A program made the position numbers and the translations under genes. A stretch of DNA of 64,000 nucleotides from Candidatus Latescibacterota bacterium (GTDB taxonomy: Bacteria; Latescibacterota; UBA2968; UBA8231), in contig CBDETK010000013.1 of NCBI GenBank assembly GCA_965242865.1, positions 1,600,001 to 1,664,000 on the forward strand, given 5' to 3'. Of this stretch, positions 36,370-45,725 are shown piece after piece; the stretch's first letter is position 1; each line of letters opens with the position of its first letter. Under the pieces are notes generated by a model. It was given only the letters and a program-made list of their open reading frames with translations. It was not told the origin of the DNA and did not search any database.

Positions 36370-38553
36370 ATGGCAATGTTATATTATTTTCATAAGTCGT
36401 TGAAAAACAATAACTTACCCCCCCCCCCCCGAAAAATCCGCTCCCGAGTTTCGCTACTTGCTCTCTTGCTCATGCTGTTGGCTGCCGCGAGCGGCGTGTA
36501 CGCCGAAAGCCTCCTCGACAAGACGGAAGCCCTCGATACGCCTACCGAAGTCGCCGTGAGTGCTGCCGACAGACGCCTGACCGTCGCTTGGCGCGAAGTC
36601 CCCGGCGCAACCAGTTACAAGGTCGCGGTCCGACCGAAAAACCAACTCGTCCCCGCTTGGAGCGAATACACCACGCCCTCCTCGCCCTATATCATCGCGG
36701 ATCGGTGGGCGATGAGCGGGATGGAGTATGAGGTTCGGGTGGCCGTGGTCAACGCCGAGGGGCCGTCCGAGTGGTCGGCCCCGGTTGCGATAACAGCCCC
36801 CGCGCTCCAAGCGGCCCCAGCCGATGCGATTGGAAGCTCCCTGCCCCCGTATTTTGTAGGAGAATTCATAACGGTCGGCTTGGACAGCCAGTATCCAGTT
36901 GCGAACCGGTCGCCGTTTTATTGGTCTATTTGCAACGCCGACGGAGCCGGGTGCAAGCTGTTGCCGAATCAGGAGAATTGGAAGTGCTTTACGACGCCCG
37001 AAATGCAAGGGAAGCGCGTATCGGTTCAGATAGACTATGACAAGGATGGGGTGTCGTACTCGGCGACAGCGGTGGTGGGCGTCGTCGGCGCCGCCCGAAC
37101 CCGGACACTTACGACGCACTTATATGCTCTGGATCTCAATGGGGTCTATTTCCGCTCATTAGATGGTGCGTACGGCGGTGCCATCGCGCTGTTGGGCAGT
37201 GAGTTGCTCATGGCAACGCCGTGGGGAAAGCTCGCGCTGGTGCGCCCAACCCGGGAGGTGGCCTATCTCGAGGGGAACGTGCCGATGAATAGGGAGGAAC
37301 TCCAAGCGCACCCGGACAAAGCAGATTTCAGACCGGACGAGTTTCGAGTGGCCGACATTTTGTTGAAACAGCACTCGGCGGGGCGGTATGACCTGTTTGT
37401 GACGCATCACTACTTCACGGGCGAGTGCATCCGCTTCCGGTTGTCCGCTACGACGCTTCTTTTTGCAGGCGCGGATGTGTCGGTCTCGCCAGCGTGGAGG
37501 ACGATCTTTGATGCGGAGCCTTGCCTGAGTGCTGCATCCGAGCAAGCGGGCGGCCGGATGGTAACGGATGGTCCCGACCACTTGTTGGTCGTAATTGGCG
37601 ATCATTATAGGCATCCCTCCCCCGCTCAAGACCCAAACTCGCACTTAGGCAAGCTCGTCCGCATCGAAATCGAGACCGGCCGGGCGTTGACCCTGGCTTG
37701 GGGCCTCCGCAATCCGCAAGGGCTGACCCGGGACGTGGCCGGCACCGTGTGGGAAACCGAGCACGGACCGCGCGGCGGCGATGAACTCAATGTGCTGGAA
37801 CTGGGCGGCAATTACGGCTGGCCGCAGGTTACCTATGGCATGGGATATTTTAGAGAAGTTCTCGTGCCCAACGCCGAAGAGGCGGGGTTCCACGATGGCT
37901 TTATAAAGCCCGTTTTCGCGTGGGTGCCGTCCATCGGCATCTCCAACCTCGTCGTCAATGACGCCCGCTGGTTCCCGCTGTGGAAAGACGACCTGCTGAT
38001 CAGTTCGCTTGCCGGTCACGCGCTCTTTCGAGCCCGCCGCCACGGTACGGATGTACAATACGTCGAGCGCATTGACATTGGCGACCGGATCCGGGATCTC
38101 GCGCAGATGCCGGACGGGCGCATCGCGCTGTTAGCCGATGATGGACGAGTCTATTTCCTGAGCCGATCCTACGCCTACTGCAACGACGAGAATACGTTGA
38201 ACCGCAAGGTCTATGCGGTTGACTGCGCGGATACGGCGGGTACGGGCGTGGCGACTGGTGCTCAATTATACAGCATGCATTGCAGCGGTTGTCATAGCCT
38301 GACTGCCGAGGAGCACGGCATCGGTCCGCATCTGGTCGGCGTGGTTGGGCGGCGCATCGGCTCGGTGGGCGGCTACCTGTTTTCAGACGCACTCCGCGCA
38401 CGAGACGAGGTGTGGACGCCAGCCGGCTTGGAACGGTTTCTCGCCAATCCCAAGCAGTTTGCCCCGGGCACATCCAAGTCGTCGTTGAACATCACCCCAG
38501 CCGAAGCCCGTGCCATCGCCGACTTCATCGGGGGCACTCGCGAGCGTAGATAG
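36370..38553 (+). CDS. Secreted Fn3 + glucose/sorbosone (PQQ-type) dehydrogenase + cytochrome c fusion
   Basis: Hydrophobic leader, Fn3 (YEVRVAVVN.EGPSEWS), GLRNPQG, EHGPRGGDELN, NYGWP, C-terminal CSGCH; start uncertain (36370/36376/36473). Confidence 0.85.
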   Translation: MAMLYYFHKSLKNNNLPPPPRKIRSRVSLLALLLMLLAAASGVYAESLLDKTEALDTPTEVAVSAADRRLTVAWREVPGATSYKVAVRPKNQLVPAWSEYTTPSSPYIIADRWAMSGMEYEVRVAVVNAEGPSEWSAPVAITAPALQAAPADAIGSSLPPYFVGEFITVGLDSQYPVANRSPFYWSICNADGAGCKLLPNQENWKCFTTPEMQGKRVSVQIDYDKDGVSYSATAVVGVVGAARTRTLTTHLYALDLNGVYFRSLDGAYGGAIALLGSELLMATPWGKLALVRPTREVAYLEGNVPMNREELQAHPDKADFRPDEFRVADILLKQHSAGRYDLFVTHHYFTGECIRFRLSATTLLFAGADVSVSPAWRTIFDAEPCLSAASEQAGGRMVTDGPDHLLVVIGDHYRHPSPAQDPNSHLGKLVRIEIETGRALTLAWGLRNPQGLTRDVAGTVWETEHGPRGGDELNVLELGGNYGWPQVTYGMGYFREVLVPNAEEAGFHDGFIKPVFAWVPSIGISNLVVNDARWFPLWKDDLLISSLAGHALFRARRHGTDVQYVERIDIGDRIRDLAQMPDGRIALLADDGRVYFLSRSYAYCNDENTLNRKVYAVDCADTAGTGVATGAQLYSMHCSGCHSLTAEEHGIGPHLVGVVGRRIGSVGGYLFSDALRARDEVWTPAGLERFLANPKQFAPGTSKSSLNITPAEARAIADFIGGTRERR
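36393..36430. repeat. 25-bp palindrome followed by a C13 homopolymer
   Basis: TAAGTcgTTGaaaaaCAAtaACTTA (36393-36417) then 13 C (36418-36430). Confidence 0.9.
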
Positions 38554-38560
38554 GCCGCGC

Positions 38561-38950
38561 TCAGAGCTTTATGACGGCGATGAGGACGCCAGTGATGGCC
38601 ACCAACGTGCCCATCATCCACAGAAAATAGGTGCCCATGCGCTTGTGAACGGCGCGAATCTGCTCGCTCAATGCGCGGTTGGTCTCGTCGATGCGCTTGT
38701 GGACGACTCCTATTTCGGCGTACAGCGCTTGAATGTCGTCGTGCGATTGAGCGCGTAAAGCTTGAATATCATCGTGCGATTGGGTGCGTAGCGCTTGAAT
38801 ATCGTCGCGCGACTGAATGCGCAGGGCTTGAATATCGTTGTGCGATTGGATGCGCAGGGCTTGAATGTCGTCGTGCAGATAGCTAATGCTCCAAGGCATT
38901 TCTTCGGGAGCGGGGATCGCACGGGTTTGCGGATCAGTGCTTTCGCTCAT
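38561..38950 (-). CDS. Coiled-coil + TM protein (DUF1640-like) with 11-aa tandem repeats
   Basis: (H/R)(D/N)DIQALRxQS about 4.6 times (33-bp repeat, 38725-38877); C-terminal TM; GGAG RBS. Confidence 0.75.
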   Translation of the reverse strand: MSESTDPQTRAIPAPEEMPWSISYLHDDIQALRIQSHNDIQALRIQSRDDIQALRTQSHDDIQALRAQSHDDIQALYAEIGVVHKRIDETNRALSEQIRAVHKRMGTYFLWMMGTLVAITGVLIAVIKL

Positions 38951-39131
38951 GGCCGGGCTCCTAAGTTAGGCGAGGGTGGGACAAATATAAACCGAGTGCT
39001 AAAAACCACCTAACAACTGCAATATCCATGCCAGCACTGATAGTCGTCTGCTAAGGCGGCTCGTGCTCGGCGCGAACTGTGTCCAACAATACCCACCAAT
39101 GGATACTAAAAGACCCTAACCGCTCTCCACC

Positions 39132-40184
39132 TTAAATCCAGCCGTGCTGGCCGGTCACGGGCGCGCCGGACGTCTGGGCCTGCCAGTGCGGGCTGCCGCC
39201 TATTTCGACCTCGCGGCCGGTGAGGGACGAGGCTTCGGCCGCGAAGAGGATTTCCATGATGTGCCGCCCGTATTGGCCGTGGGTCGGCGGCTCAAGGTCG
39301 AGCGCGATGGCCTCGGCAAACCGCTGCCACTCGTGGTACATCTCGGTCGGCGCGTCCGCAAACGGGACGTCTTCCCACTGATCGCCGCGACCTATTTTAA
39401 CGTACCGCTCGCCGTGCTGGCTAAAGCGCAACGAGCCGTTGGCGCAAATCACTTGGCATTCAAAATTCGGCGCTCCGTCGGCGTAGCCCACGGCCACGGC
39501 CGTGCCGGCGAGGCCGTTCTTGTAGCGGATGAAGGCCGTGGCTGAATCGTCGCCGGCTTGGTAGTGAGCGCGGGTGCCAATGGCGGCCGACACCGACGCG
39601 GCTTGCGAAGCCATGACCCAGGTGAGCCGATCGACCACGTGGACCCCGTTGGTCAACCACATGCCGCCGCCGTGGAAGCGGCTGCGGTATTGGGGCCGGC
39701 GGCCGGCGAAATTCCAATTCTTCGACATGTAGCTAACCGCTGTAATCACCGGGCCGAGTTGGCCGGAGTCGAGGATTTCCTTGGCCTTGAGGCTCGTGCT
39801 GTAAAAGTGCTGCGATAGCCCGACCATCAGCTTGACCTCGTGTTCGGCGGCCGCGGCGACCATGGCGTCGCATTGCGCTAGGCTGATGGCCATGGGCTTT
39901 TCGACGAGCACGTGCTTGCCGGCGCGGCAGGCGTCGATGGTGAGCTGGTGGTGCAACTGGTGCCCCAGCACGATGGCGACCGCGTCGACGTCGTCATCCT
40001 GCAAGAGGTCGCGGTGGGTGGAATAGCCCTTGGGGATGTGGTAGCGATCCATGAACTCGCGCCGCTTCTCCGCGAACAAATCGGCCACCGCGACGACTTC
40101 TACTGGGTCGAGCTGGGCGATTGAATCGCAGTGGGAACGGGCGATGCCGCCGAGGCCAATGATGCCGACTTTGAGTGCTGCCAT
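39132..40184 (-). CDS. Gfo/Idh/MocA oxidoreductase
   Basis: IIGLGGIA, GKHVLVEKPMA, GGGMWLTNGVH. Confidence 0.93.
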   Translation of the reverse strand: MAALKVGIIGLGGIARSHCDSIAQLDPVEVVAVADLFAEKRREFMDRYHIPKGYSTHRDLLQDDDVDAVAIVLGHQLHHQLTIDACRAGKHVLVEKPMAISLAQCDAMVAAAAEHEVKLMVGLSQHFYSTSLKAKEILDSGQLGPVITAVSYMSKNWNFAGRRPQYRSRFHGGGMWLTNGVHVVDRLTWVMASQAASVSAAIGTRAHYQAGDDSATAFIRYKNGLAGTAVAVGYADGAPNFECQVICANGSLRFSQHGERYVKIGRGDQWEDVPFADAPTEMYHEWQRFAEAIALDLEPPTHGQYGRHIMEILFAAEASSLTGREVEIGGSPHWQAQTSGAPVTGQHGWI

Positions 40185-40293
40185 GAGGGTATCCTTTGAG
40201 TGAATGGAGGGGCACTAAGTATAGGCTGGGGCGTGGCCGGCGACAACGTGCCGCGCATTTGCGCCGCGATACACAATGTCCTAAGATGCTCTA

Positions 40294-42237
40294 ATGCCCG
40301 GCAATTTTACCTATCGCTCGCTCGCTTTGGGGGCCTTGCTGTCGCTGGCGATCAACGTGTTTTTCGCGTATGCGCGGCTGGCGATGGCCACGGCCGGCAT
40401 GTCTTCCGATTACATCACGGCCGGGGCGGTGTTCCTGTTTTTCGCGGTGGTGGCCTTTGTCAATCCCGCGCTCAAGCTAATGCGCCGGTCTTGGGGCTTG
40501 AACCGCGCCGAGCTGATCGTCATCTACGCGATGATGATCGTGGGCTCGGCCATTCCCACTTGGGGCTTTACGGGCAATTTGATCGCCATGTTGCCCAACA
40601 TCTACTACTACGCCACCCCGGAAAACAACTGGTCCGAACTGCTGCACCCGTACGTCCGCGCGTGGATGGTGCCGCAGGATCCAGACGCGATCAAGTACTT
40701 CTTTGAGGGCCTGCCCAAGGGGCAGCCCATCCCTTGGGAACACTGGCTGGTGCCGCTGGCGGCTTGGGTCTCGTTCATTCTGGCGATCTACTTGATGATG
40801 ATCGCCATCGCGTCGATCGTCCGCCGCCAGTGGGTTGACTACGACCGCTTGACCTTTCCGCTGTTGCAGCTCCCCATCGACCTGACCGAGGAAGGGAAGC
40901 GCGGCGCCATCGTCGGGCCGCTGCTCAAAAGGCCGCTGTTGTGGATCGGGTTTGCGCTGCCCTTTGCGCTGCACAGCACCAACGCCTTAAACCACTATTT
41001 CCCCTTTATCCCGGCGGTGCAGTTGCGCCACAGCATCTCCCTGTTTAACAACGCGCTGGGGCTGACCACCAATGTAAACTTTGCGGCGCTGGGGTTGGCG
41101 TACTTTTTGAGCTTGGACGTGGGGTTGAGTATCTGGCTCTTCCACTTGCTGACCAAGGCCCAGATCACGGCCGAGAACGTCCTCGGCTACTCCCTGCCCG
41201 GTCGCCGCGACCTGTTTATGGAAGGCTCGATGTCGGTGTCCTACGAGGGCATGGGGGCCATGTTGGTGCTGGTGCTCTACGGGCTGTGGAACAGCCGCAG
41301 CTATTTGCGGCAGGTCTGGCGCAAGGCCCTGTACAACGAGGGGGCGTTGGACGATTCGCAGGAGATCCTCTCGTATCGGGCGGCCCTCGTGGTCTTGGTC
41401 TTGGCCAGCGCGTACGCGGCCGGCTGGCTGACCCTGTCGGGCGTGCCGTGGTGGGTGGCGCTGTTTTTTCTCTTCGTGGCCTTCTGCATCTTCTACGGGC
41501 TGACGCGAATCGTGGCCGAGGGCGGGTTGGGGTTTGCGCGAGCGCAGATGACGGCGCAGCCGTTTGTGATCGACGCGGTGGGCACGGAGGCGATTGGTCC
41601 GTCGGGGTTGGTGAGCTTGGGAATGACCTTTAGCTGGGCCGGCGATTTGCGGACGATGGTCATGGCCTCGGCGGTCAATGGACTCAAGTTGGCCGATGTG
41701 GGCCGCGTGCGAGGACGACCGCTGTTTTGGGCCTTAATGCTCTCGATTGGGGTCGGCTTGGCCGGGTCAATATGGATGGTGGTGTGGATGGGCTACCAGT
41801 ACGGGGGCATCAATTTGGATTGGTGGTTCTACAACCGCTTCGGCGAAATAGTCCACGGCGACTCGGCCTACAAAATCGCCAACCCGAGGCATCCTTGGGG
41901 CGACTTCGACGAGATCGGGCCGCGCTTTTTGTTCGCGGGGATCGGCGCGGGGATCATGGGCCTGTTGATGTACGCCCGGCACCACTTCCTCTGGTGGCCG
42001 GTGCATTACCTCGGCTTTCCCATCGGCGCGACCTTGACGATCATCTGGACGTGGTTCAGCATTTTCATCGGCTGGGTCCTCAAGGCTCTGGTGCTCAAAT
42101 ACGGCGGCGCGACGCTCTATCGGCAGCTGCGGCCTTTGTTTTTGGGGTTGATTTTGGGGCACATTTTTGTGTCGGGATTCTGGGTGCTTTTCGACTATAT
42201 CACCGGGGAGACCGGCAATCGGATTCCGATTTTTTGA
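40294..42237 (+). CDS. DUF6785/DUF6784 polytopic membrane protein (OPT-like transporter)
   Basis: Many TM helices; RQW...DRLTFPL, RIVAEGG, WWPVH..G, KYGG..LYR..RPLFLGLILG. Confidence 0.75.
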   Translation: MPGNFTYRSLALGALLSLAINVFFAYARLAMATAGMSSDYITAGAVFLFFAVVAFVNPALKLMRRSWGLNRAELIVIYAMMIVGSAIPTWGFTGNLIAMLPNIYYYATPENNWSELLHPYVRAWMVPQDPDAIKYFFEGLPKGQPIPWEHWLVPLAAWVSFILAIYLMMIAIASIVRRQWVDYDRLTFPLLQLPIDLTEEGKRGAIVGPLLKRPLLWIGFALPFALHSTNALNHYFPFIPAVQLRHSISLFNNALGLTTNVNFAALGLAYFLSLDVGLSIWLFHLLTKAQITAENVLGYSLPGRRDLFMEGSMSVSYEGMGAMLVLVLYGLWNSRSYLRQVWRKALYNEGALDDSQEILSYRAALVVLVLASAYAAGWLTLSGVPWWVALFFLFVAFCIFYGLTRIVAEGGLGFARAQMTAQPFVIDAVGTEAIGPSGLVSLGMTFSWAGDLRTMVMASAVNGLKLADVGRVRGRPLFWALMLSIGVGLAGSIWMVVWMGYQYGGINLDWWFYNRFGEIVHGDSAYKIANPRHPWGDFDEIGPRFLFAGIGAGIMGLLMYARHHFLWWPVHYLGFPIGATLTIIWTWFSIFIGWVLKALVLKYGGATLYRQLRPLFLGLILGHIFVSGFWVLFDYITGETGNRIPIF

Positions 42238-42248
42238 GGAGAAAACCA

Positions 42249-43055
42249 ATGAGAGCAAGCACCATGAGCACACCGGACGTCATCTTGGCTTCGGGCCACG
42301 CCATTCCGCAGTTGGGGCTGGGCACTTGGATGTTGCGCGGCCCACAGTGCCAAGCCGTGGTCAAAAAGGCCCTTGAGCTGGGCTATACGCATTTGGATTC
42401 CGCGTGGATGTACCAGAATCAGGACGCCATTGGCCAAGCCCTCAAGGAGGTGGGGGCCGACCGCGACCGCCTCTTTATCACCTCCAAGATCTGGCATTCG
42501 CACTTGGAGTACGAGGCGACCCTAGCGCAGATGGAGGAGATTCTGCGCGACCTGCAAACCGAATACGTCGATCTCCTGCTCATCCACCATCCCGGTCAGG
42601 GCGTGCCGGTGGAGCACACCTTAGCCGCTTTTGAAAAAATCCACGAGGCCGGTCGGGCCAAGAGCATTGGCATCAGCAATTTTAGCGTGGAGCAGACCGA
42701 TCGGGCCCGGGCCGCGACCGGCTTGCCGATATGCACCAATCAGGTCGAATACCACCTGCGCCACAACCGCGAAACGCTGCGGCGTCATTGCCACGCCCAC
42801 CACGTGGTGCTGACGGCGCACCGCCCGCTGGCGCAGGGGAAGCTGGCCCAAGACGAGGTTCTAAAACAGGTGGCCGCTGGCCACGGCAAGAGCGAGGCCC
42901 AAGTGGCGTTGAAGTGGCTGTTGCAAAAGGATCTGATCGTCATCCCCAAAGCGAGCTCAACGGCCCATTTGCGCGACAATCTCGACTTGTTCGATTGGCA
43001 GCTAGGGGACGAGGAGCTGACGCGCCTCAACGCGGTGGGGACCGATCCCGGTTGA
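42249..43055 (+). CDS. Aldo/keto reductase (2,5-DKG reductase-like)
   Basis: LGLGTW, HLDSAWMYQN, FITSKIW, IGISNF, IPKASS. Confidence 0.92.
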   Translation: MRASTMSTPDVILASGHAIPQLGLGTWMLRGPQCQAVVKKALELGYTHLDSAWMYQNQDAIGQALKEVGADRDRLFITSKIWHSHLEYEATLAQMEEILRDLQTEYVDLLLIHHPGQGVPVEHTLAAFEKIHEAGRAKSIGISNFSVEQTDRARAATGLPICTNQVEYHLRHNRETLRRHCHAHHVVLTAHRPLAQGKLAQDEVLKQVAAGHGKSEAQVALKWLLQKDLIVIPKASSTAHLRDNLDLFDWQLGDEELTRLNAVGTDPG

Positions 43056-43056
43056 T

Positions 43057-43290
43057 TCAATAGTAATAGAACGCATAGACCAGCGCGGCCGAGCCAATGC
43101 CGACGCAAGTGCCCAAGATCAGGCCGATAAAAAAGGGCAGGAGGGTGCGGTAGAGGCGGATGCCGCCGTAGCGCAGGGCGAGGAGCTTGATCAGCCAAGC
43201 CAAGAAAATCCCGAACCAGTCGATGGACACGGTGTTGGTCAGGGCGATGCCCAGCCCCACCGGATGCAAGGGCCAGCCCAGTGGGGGATG
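43057..43290 (-). pseudogene. 3' fragment of a second DUF6784 membrane-protein gene
   Basis: GWPLHPVG...WFGIFLAWLIKLLALRYGGIRLYRTLLPFFIGLILG; homologous to the C-terminus of 40294-42237. Confidence 0.75.
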
Positions 43291-43442
43291 TGCGGCCAGA
43301 GCAGGTCGGACCAATTGTTTTCTGGGGCAGCGTAGTAAAAGACGCCGGCGATTAACGGGATGCAGTAGCCGCCAAAGCCCATGGAAGGCAGCACTACGAC
43401 CACCTATCTTCTGAAAAATGCCATGCAGCGCAACGCACAAGT

Positions 43443-44801
43443 TTAGTACGGCGTGTGTTGGGTCGTGATGGGGCACCAGCGGGCGGCGAACAAATAGTCG
43501 AACAAGACCTCGGTCGCCGCTGGCGTTCCAATGCGTTCCAAGGTCTTGGCGGCCTTGGCACTGACGTAGCAGTTTGGATCGTCTAGGGCCGCCACCACCG
43601 CTGGCAGTACGGCCTCGGCGGCCGGCCCCAGCCGCGCCAAGCCCAAGGCAGCATTGCGCCGCACCCATTCGTCGCGGTCGCCCAAAACTCCGGCCAGTTC
43701 CTCCAGCACCGCTGGAGGCAAGGTGCCCATGGCGCCCAAGGCTTCGGCTGCGTGGCCCCGCACCTCGCCCGACGCATCGCCCAGCGCCCGCTGCAACGCC
43801 GATATGGCTGGAGCACCCGCCCGACCCATATCGCCCAAACTATCGACCGCGGCTAGCCGCACGGCCGGATCGTCGTCAGCGCAGACTTGCGCTAGCGCCT
43901 TGACCGCGGCTGGGCCGGCCGCGGCCAAACCGTAGCCAGCATTGCGCCGCACAGGTTCCGGTCCTTGGCGCAAACAATCGATGAGCGGCCCCACGGCGGG
44001 CTCGCCAGCGCGACCGAGGGCATAGGCCGCCGCTTGGCTCGCCGCCTCGGAATCGCCGCTCAGTGCCTGCAACAGTGCCGACCGCTGGCCGGGATCCGCG
44101 GCAAAGCCCGCGGACTGGCCTCCGTACCATTCCCACATACTGTGCCAGATGGGGGCCTCGGCATGTCCATTCCCGGCCCAAGGCGTCCCGGTCGCCTTCC
44201 AACTAGGCCCGTCCGGTTCTTCGAGGCGGACAAAGAGGAACTTGACCATGTAGCGGGCCTGCTCGGTGCTGTTGGGCGTGGCTCGGTGCCACAAGTCGTA
44301 GTGAACCATGGCGACCGTCCCGGCCTCCCCCGCAAGCGCGACCTCTCGCTCGCTCGCCCCTGGGTCGAGGCGGTTGTGGTAGTGGCTGCCAGGGACGACG
44401 CCAGTGGGGCCGCGCTCGGCCGGCGTGTCCTGCGGATAGTAAAAGGCCATGGCCCAGCGCAGCCGGTGGTGCCGCCGACTCCAGCTATCCTTGTGCAGCC
44501 GCTGCCCTTCCGAACCCGGCTTGTTGAAATGGCAGAACCGGTGCGGATGCAAATAGTACCCCGGCCCCAAGATACTGGTCAGAGCACCCGCCACTTGGGG
44601 TTGATCAAACACCTGCTGCAAATCGGGGATGCGGGGCAATAGGTTGTTGCCCGGATTGCCCTCGGCGGCCAAGAGCGTCTCTATTTGCCGATAGACGGAC
44701 TGGTGAAAATCCGCGGGCAAATCCGTTTTGACCACTGTATAGCCGTCGGCGATGAAAGACTGCATGCGGCTATCGTCCAACAAGATCGCGTCGGTACGCA
44801 T
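43443..44801 (-). CDS. PhyH-family 2OG/Fe(II) dioxygenase fused to HEAT/PBS repeats
   Basis: LHKDS...VVPGSH...LWHRA, then VRxxAAxALG repeats. Confidence 0.9.
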   Translation of the reverse strand: MRTDAILLDDSRMQSFIADGYTVVKTDLPADFHQSVYRQIETLLAAEGNPGNNLLPRIPDLQQVFDQPQVAGALTSILGPGYYLHPHRFCHFNKPGSEGQRLHKDSWSRRHHRLRWAMAFYYPQDTPAERGPTGVVPGSHYHNRLDPGASEREVALAGEAGTVAMVHYDLWHRATPNSTEQARYMVKFLFVRLEEPDGPSWKATGTPWAGNGHAEAPIWHSMWEWYGGQSAGFAADPGQRSALLQALSGDSEAASQAAAYALGRAGEPAVGPLIDCLRQGPEPVRRNAGYGLAAAGPAAVKALAQVCADDDPAVRLAAVDSLGDMGRAGAPAISALQRALGDASGEVRGHAAEALGAMGTLPPAVLEELAGVLGDRDEWVRRNAALGLARLGPAAEAVLPAVVAALDDPNCYVSAKAAKTLERIGTPAATEVLFDYLFAARWCPITTQHTPY

Positions 44802-44816
44802 AGCAAAGCTCCTCGT

Positions 44817-45659
44817 TTAGTGAGTGAGTGCCTCGCCCGGCATCCGGTTCCAAGGCACGGGTGCGGAGGTTCCCTCGTAGGTAGGCAGCAGATCGGCAAC
44901 CCGTGCTCTATCTTCGGCGTCCCAGCCGACCCATTCGCGGGGGCGGGCGATGGCGGCGCGGAGGCCGTCGGAGAGCAGGTCGAAGTACGGGAAATACCAC
45001 AGGGTAATGACGGTGCGACGCTGGGCCGACTTGTTGGCGTGGGCCGAGTGCAACAGCCGTGCGTCGCCGATGACCACATCGCCGGCCGCCACCGGGACAT
45101 CCACTTCTTCGGGAATCGACTGATAGGCCGGATGGTCGGGATCAGCTACGCGGCGAAGGGCGTCGGTGTGGGCGTTGGGCACCTCGTCGTGCATGCGGTG
45201 ACGCTTCCGATGGGAGCCGCGCAACAGGCGCAGGCAGCCGTTGTGGGGCGTGGTATCGACGAGGTAGTACATCAGGAAAAGCTGCTGAGGCAGGGGCGTA
45301 TAACTCGAAGGATCGTCCCAGCCCCACCAGTCCTGATGCCAGAAAAGAGCCGGGCTGTGTGGCGGCTTGCTGATGACGTAGCCAGACATCCACCGAGGGC
45401 GCAGAAAGCCCAAGGTGTCGAGCGCGGCGCGAGCGGGCGGGTACGCGACGAGTTCGGCGAAGATGGGATGGACGCCGACATCGAGCATGCTGCCGGTGGA
45501 GCGTTGTTCGGCGCGGCTTTCTTGGCTTTGGGCGTCGAGGAGTTGGTCGGTCACTTGGCGCAGCCGGTGGAGCAGGTCGTCGCCGAGGACATCTCCTATC
45601 AAGCAGTAGCCGTCGCGGACGAACTGGTCAAAGTTTTCTTTGGGGTCTTGTTGGGACAT
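44817..45659 (-). CDS. PhyH-family dioxygenase
   Basis: FWHQDW, NGCLRLLRGSH, LLHS, RR. Confidence 0.9.
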   Translation of the reverse strand: MSQQDPKENFDQFVRDGYCLIGDVLGDDLLHRLRQVTDQLLDAQSQESRAEQRSTGSMLDVGVHPIFAELVAYPPARAALDTLGFLRPRWMSGYVISKPPHSPALFWHQDWWGWDDPSSYTPLPQQLFLMYYLVDTTPHNGCLRLLRGSHRKRHRMHDEVPNAHTDALRRVADPDHPAYQSIPEEVDVPVAAGDVVIGDARLLHSAHANKSAQRRTVITLWYFPYFDLLSDGLRAAIARPREWVGWDAEDRARVADLLPTYEGTSAPVPWNRMPGEALTH

Positions 45660-45725
45660 TGGCGGCGTTCCTGTCGTGTCGATGTTGGGCAACGTAAGGG
45701 GTTGATTTTCGTCGGGGTTCGGCTT

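Noticed and set aside
38725-38877. 33-bp tandem repeats as a possible CRISPR array
   Set aside because: Units are contiguous with no spacers, stay in frame as an 11-aa coiled-coil repeat, and no cas genes are present.
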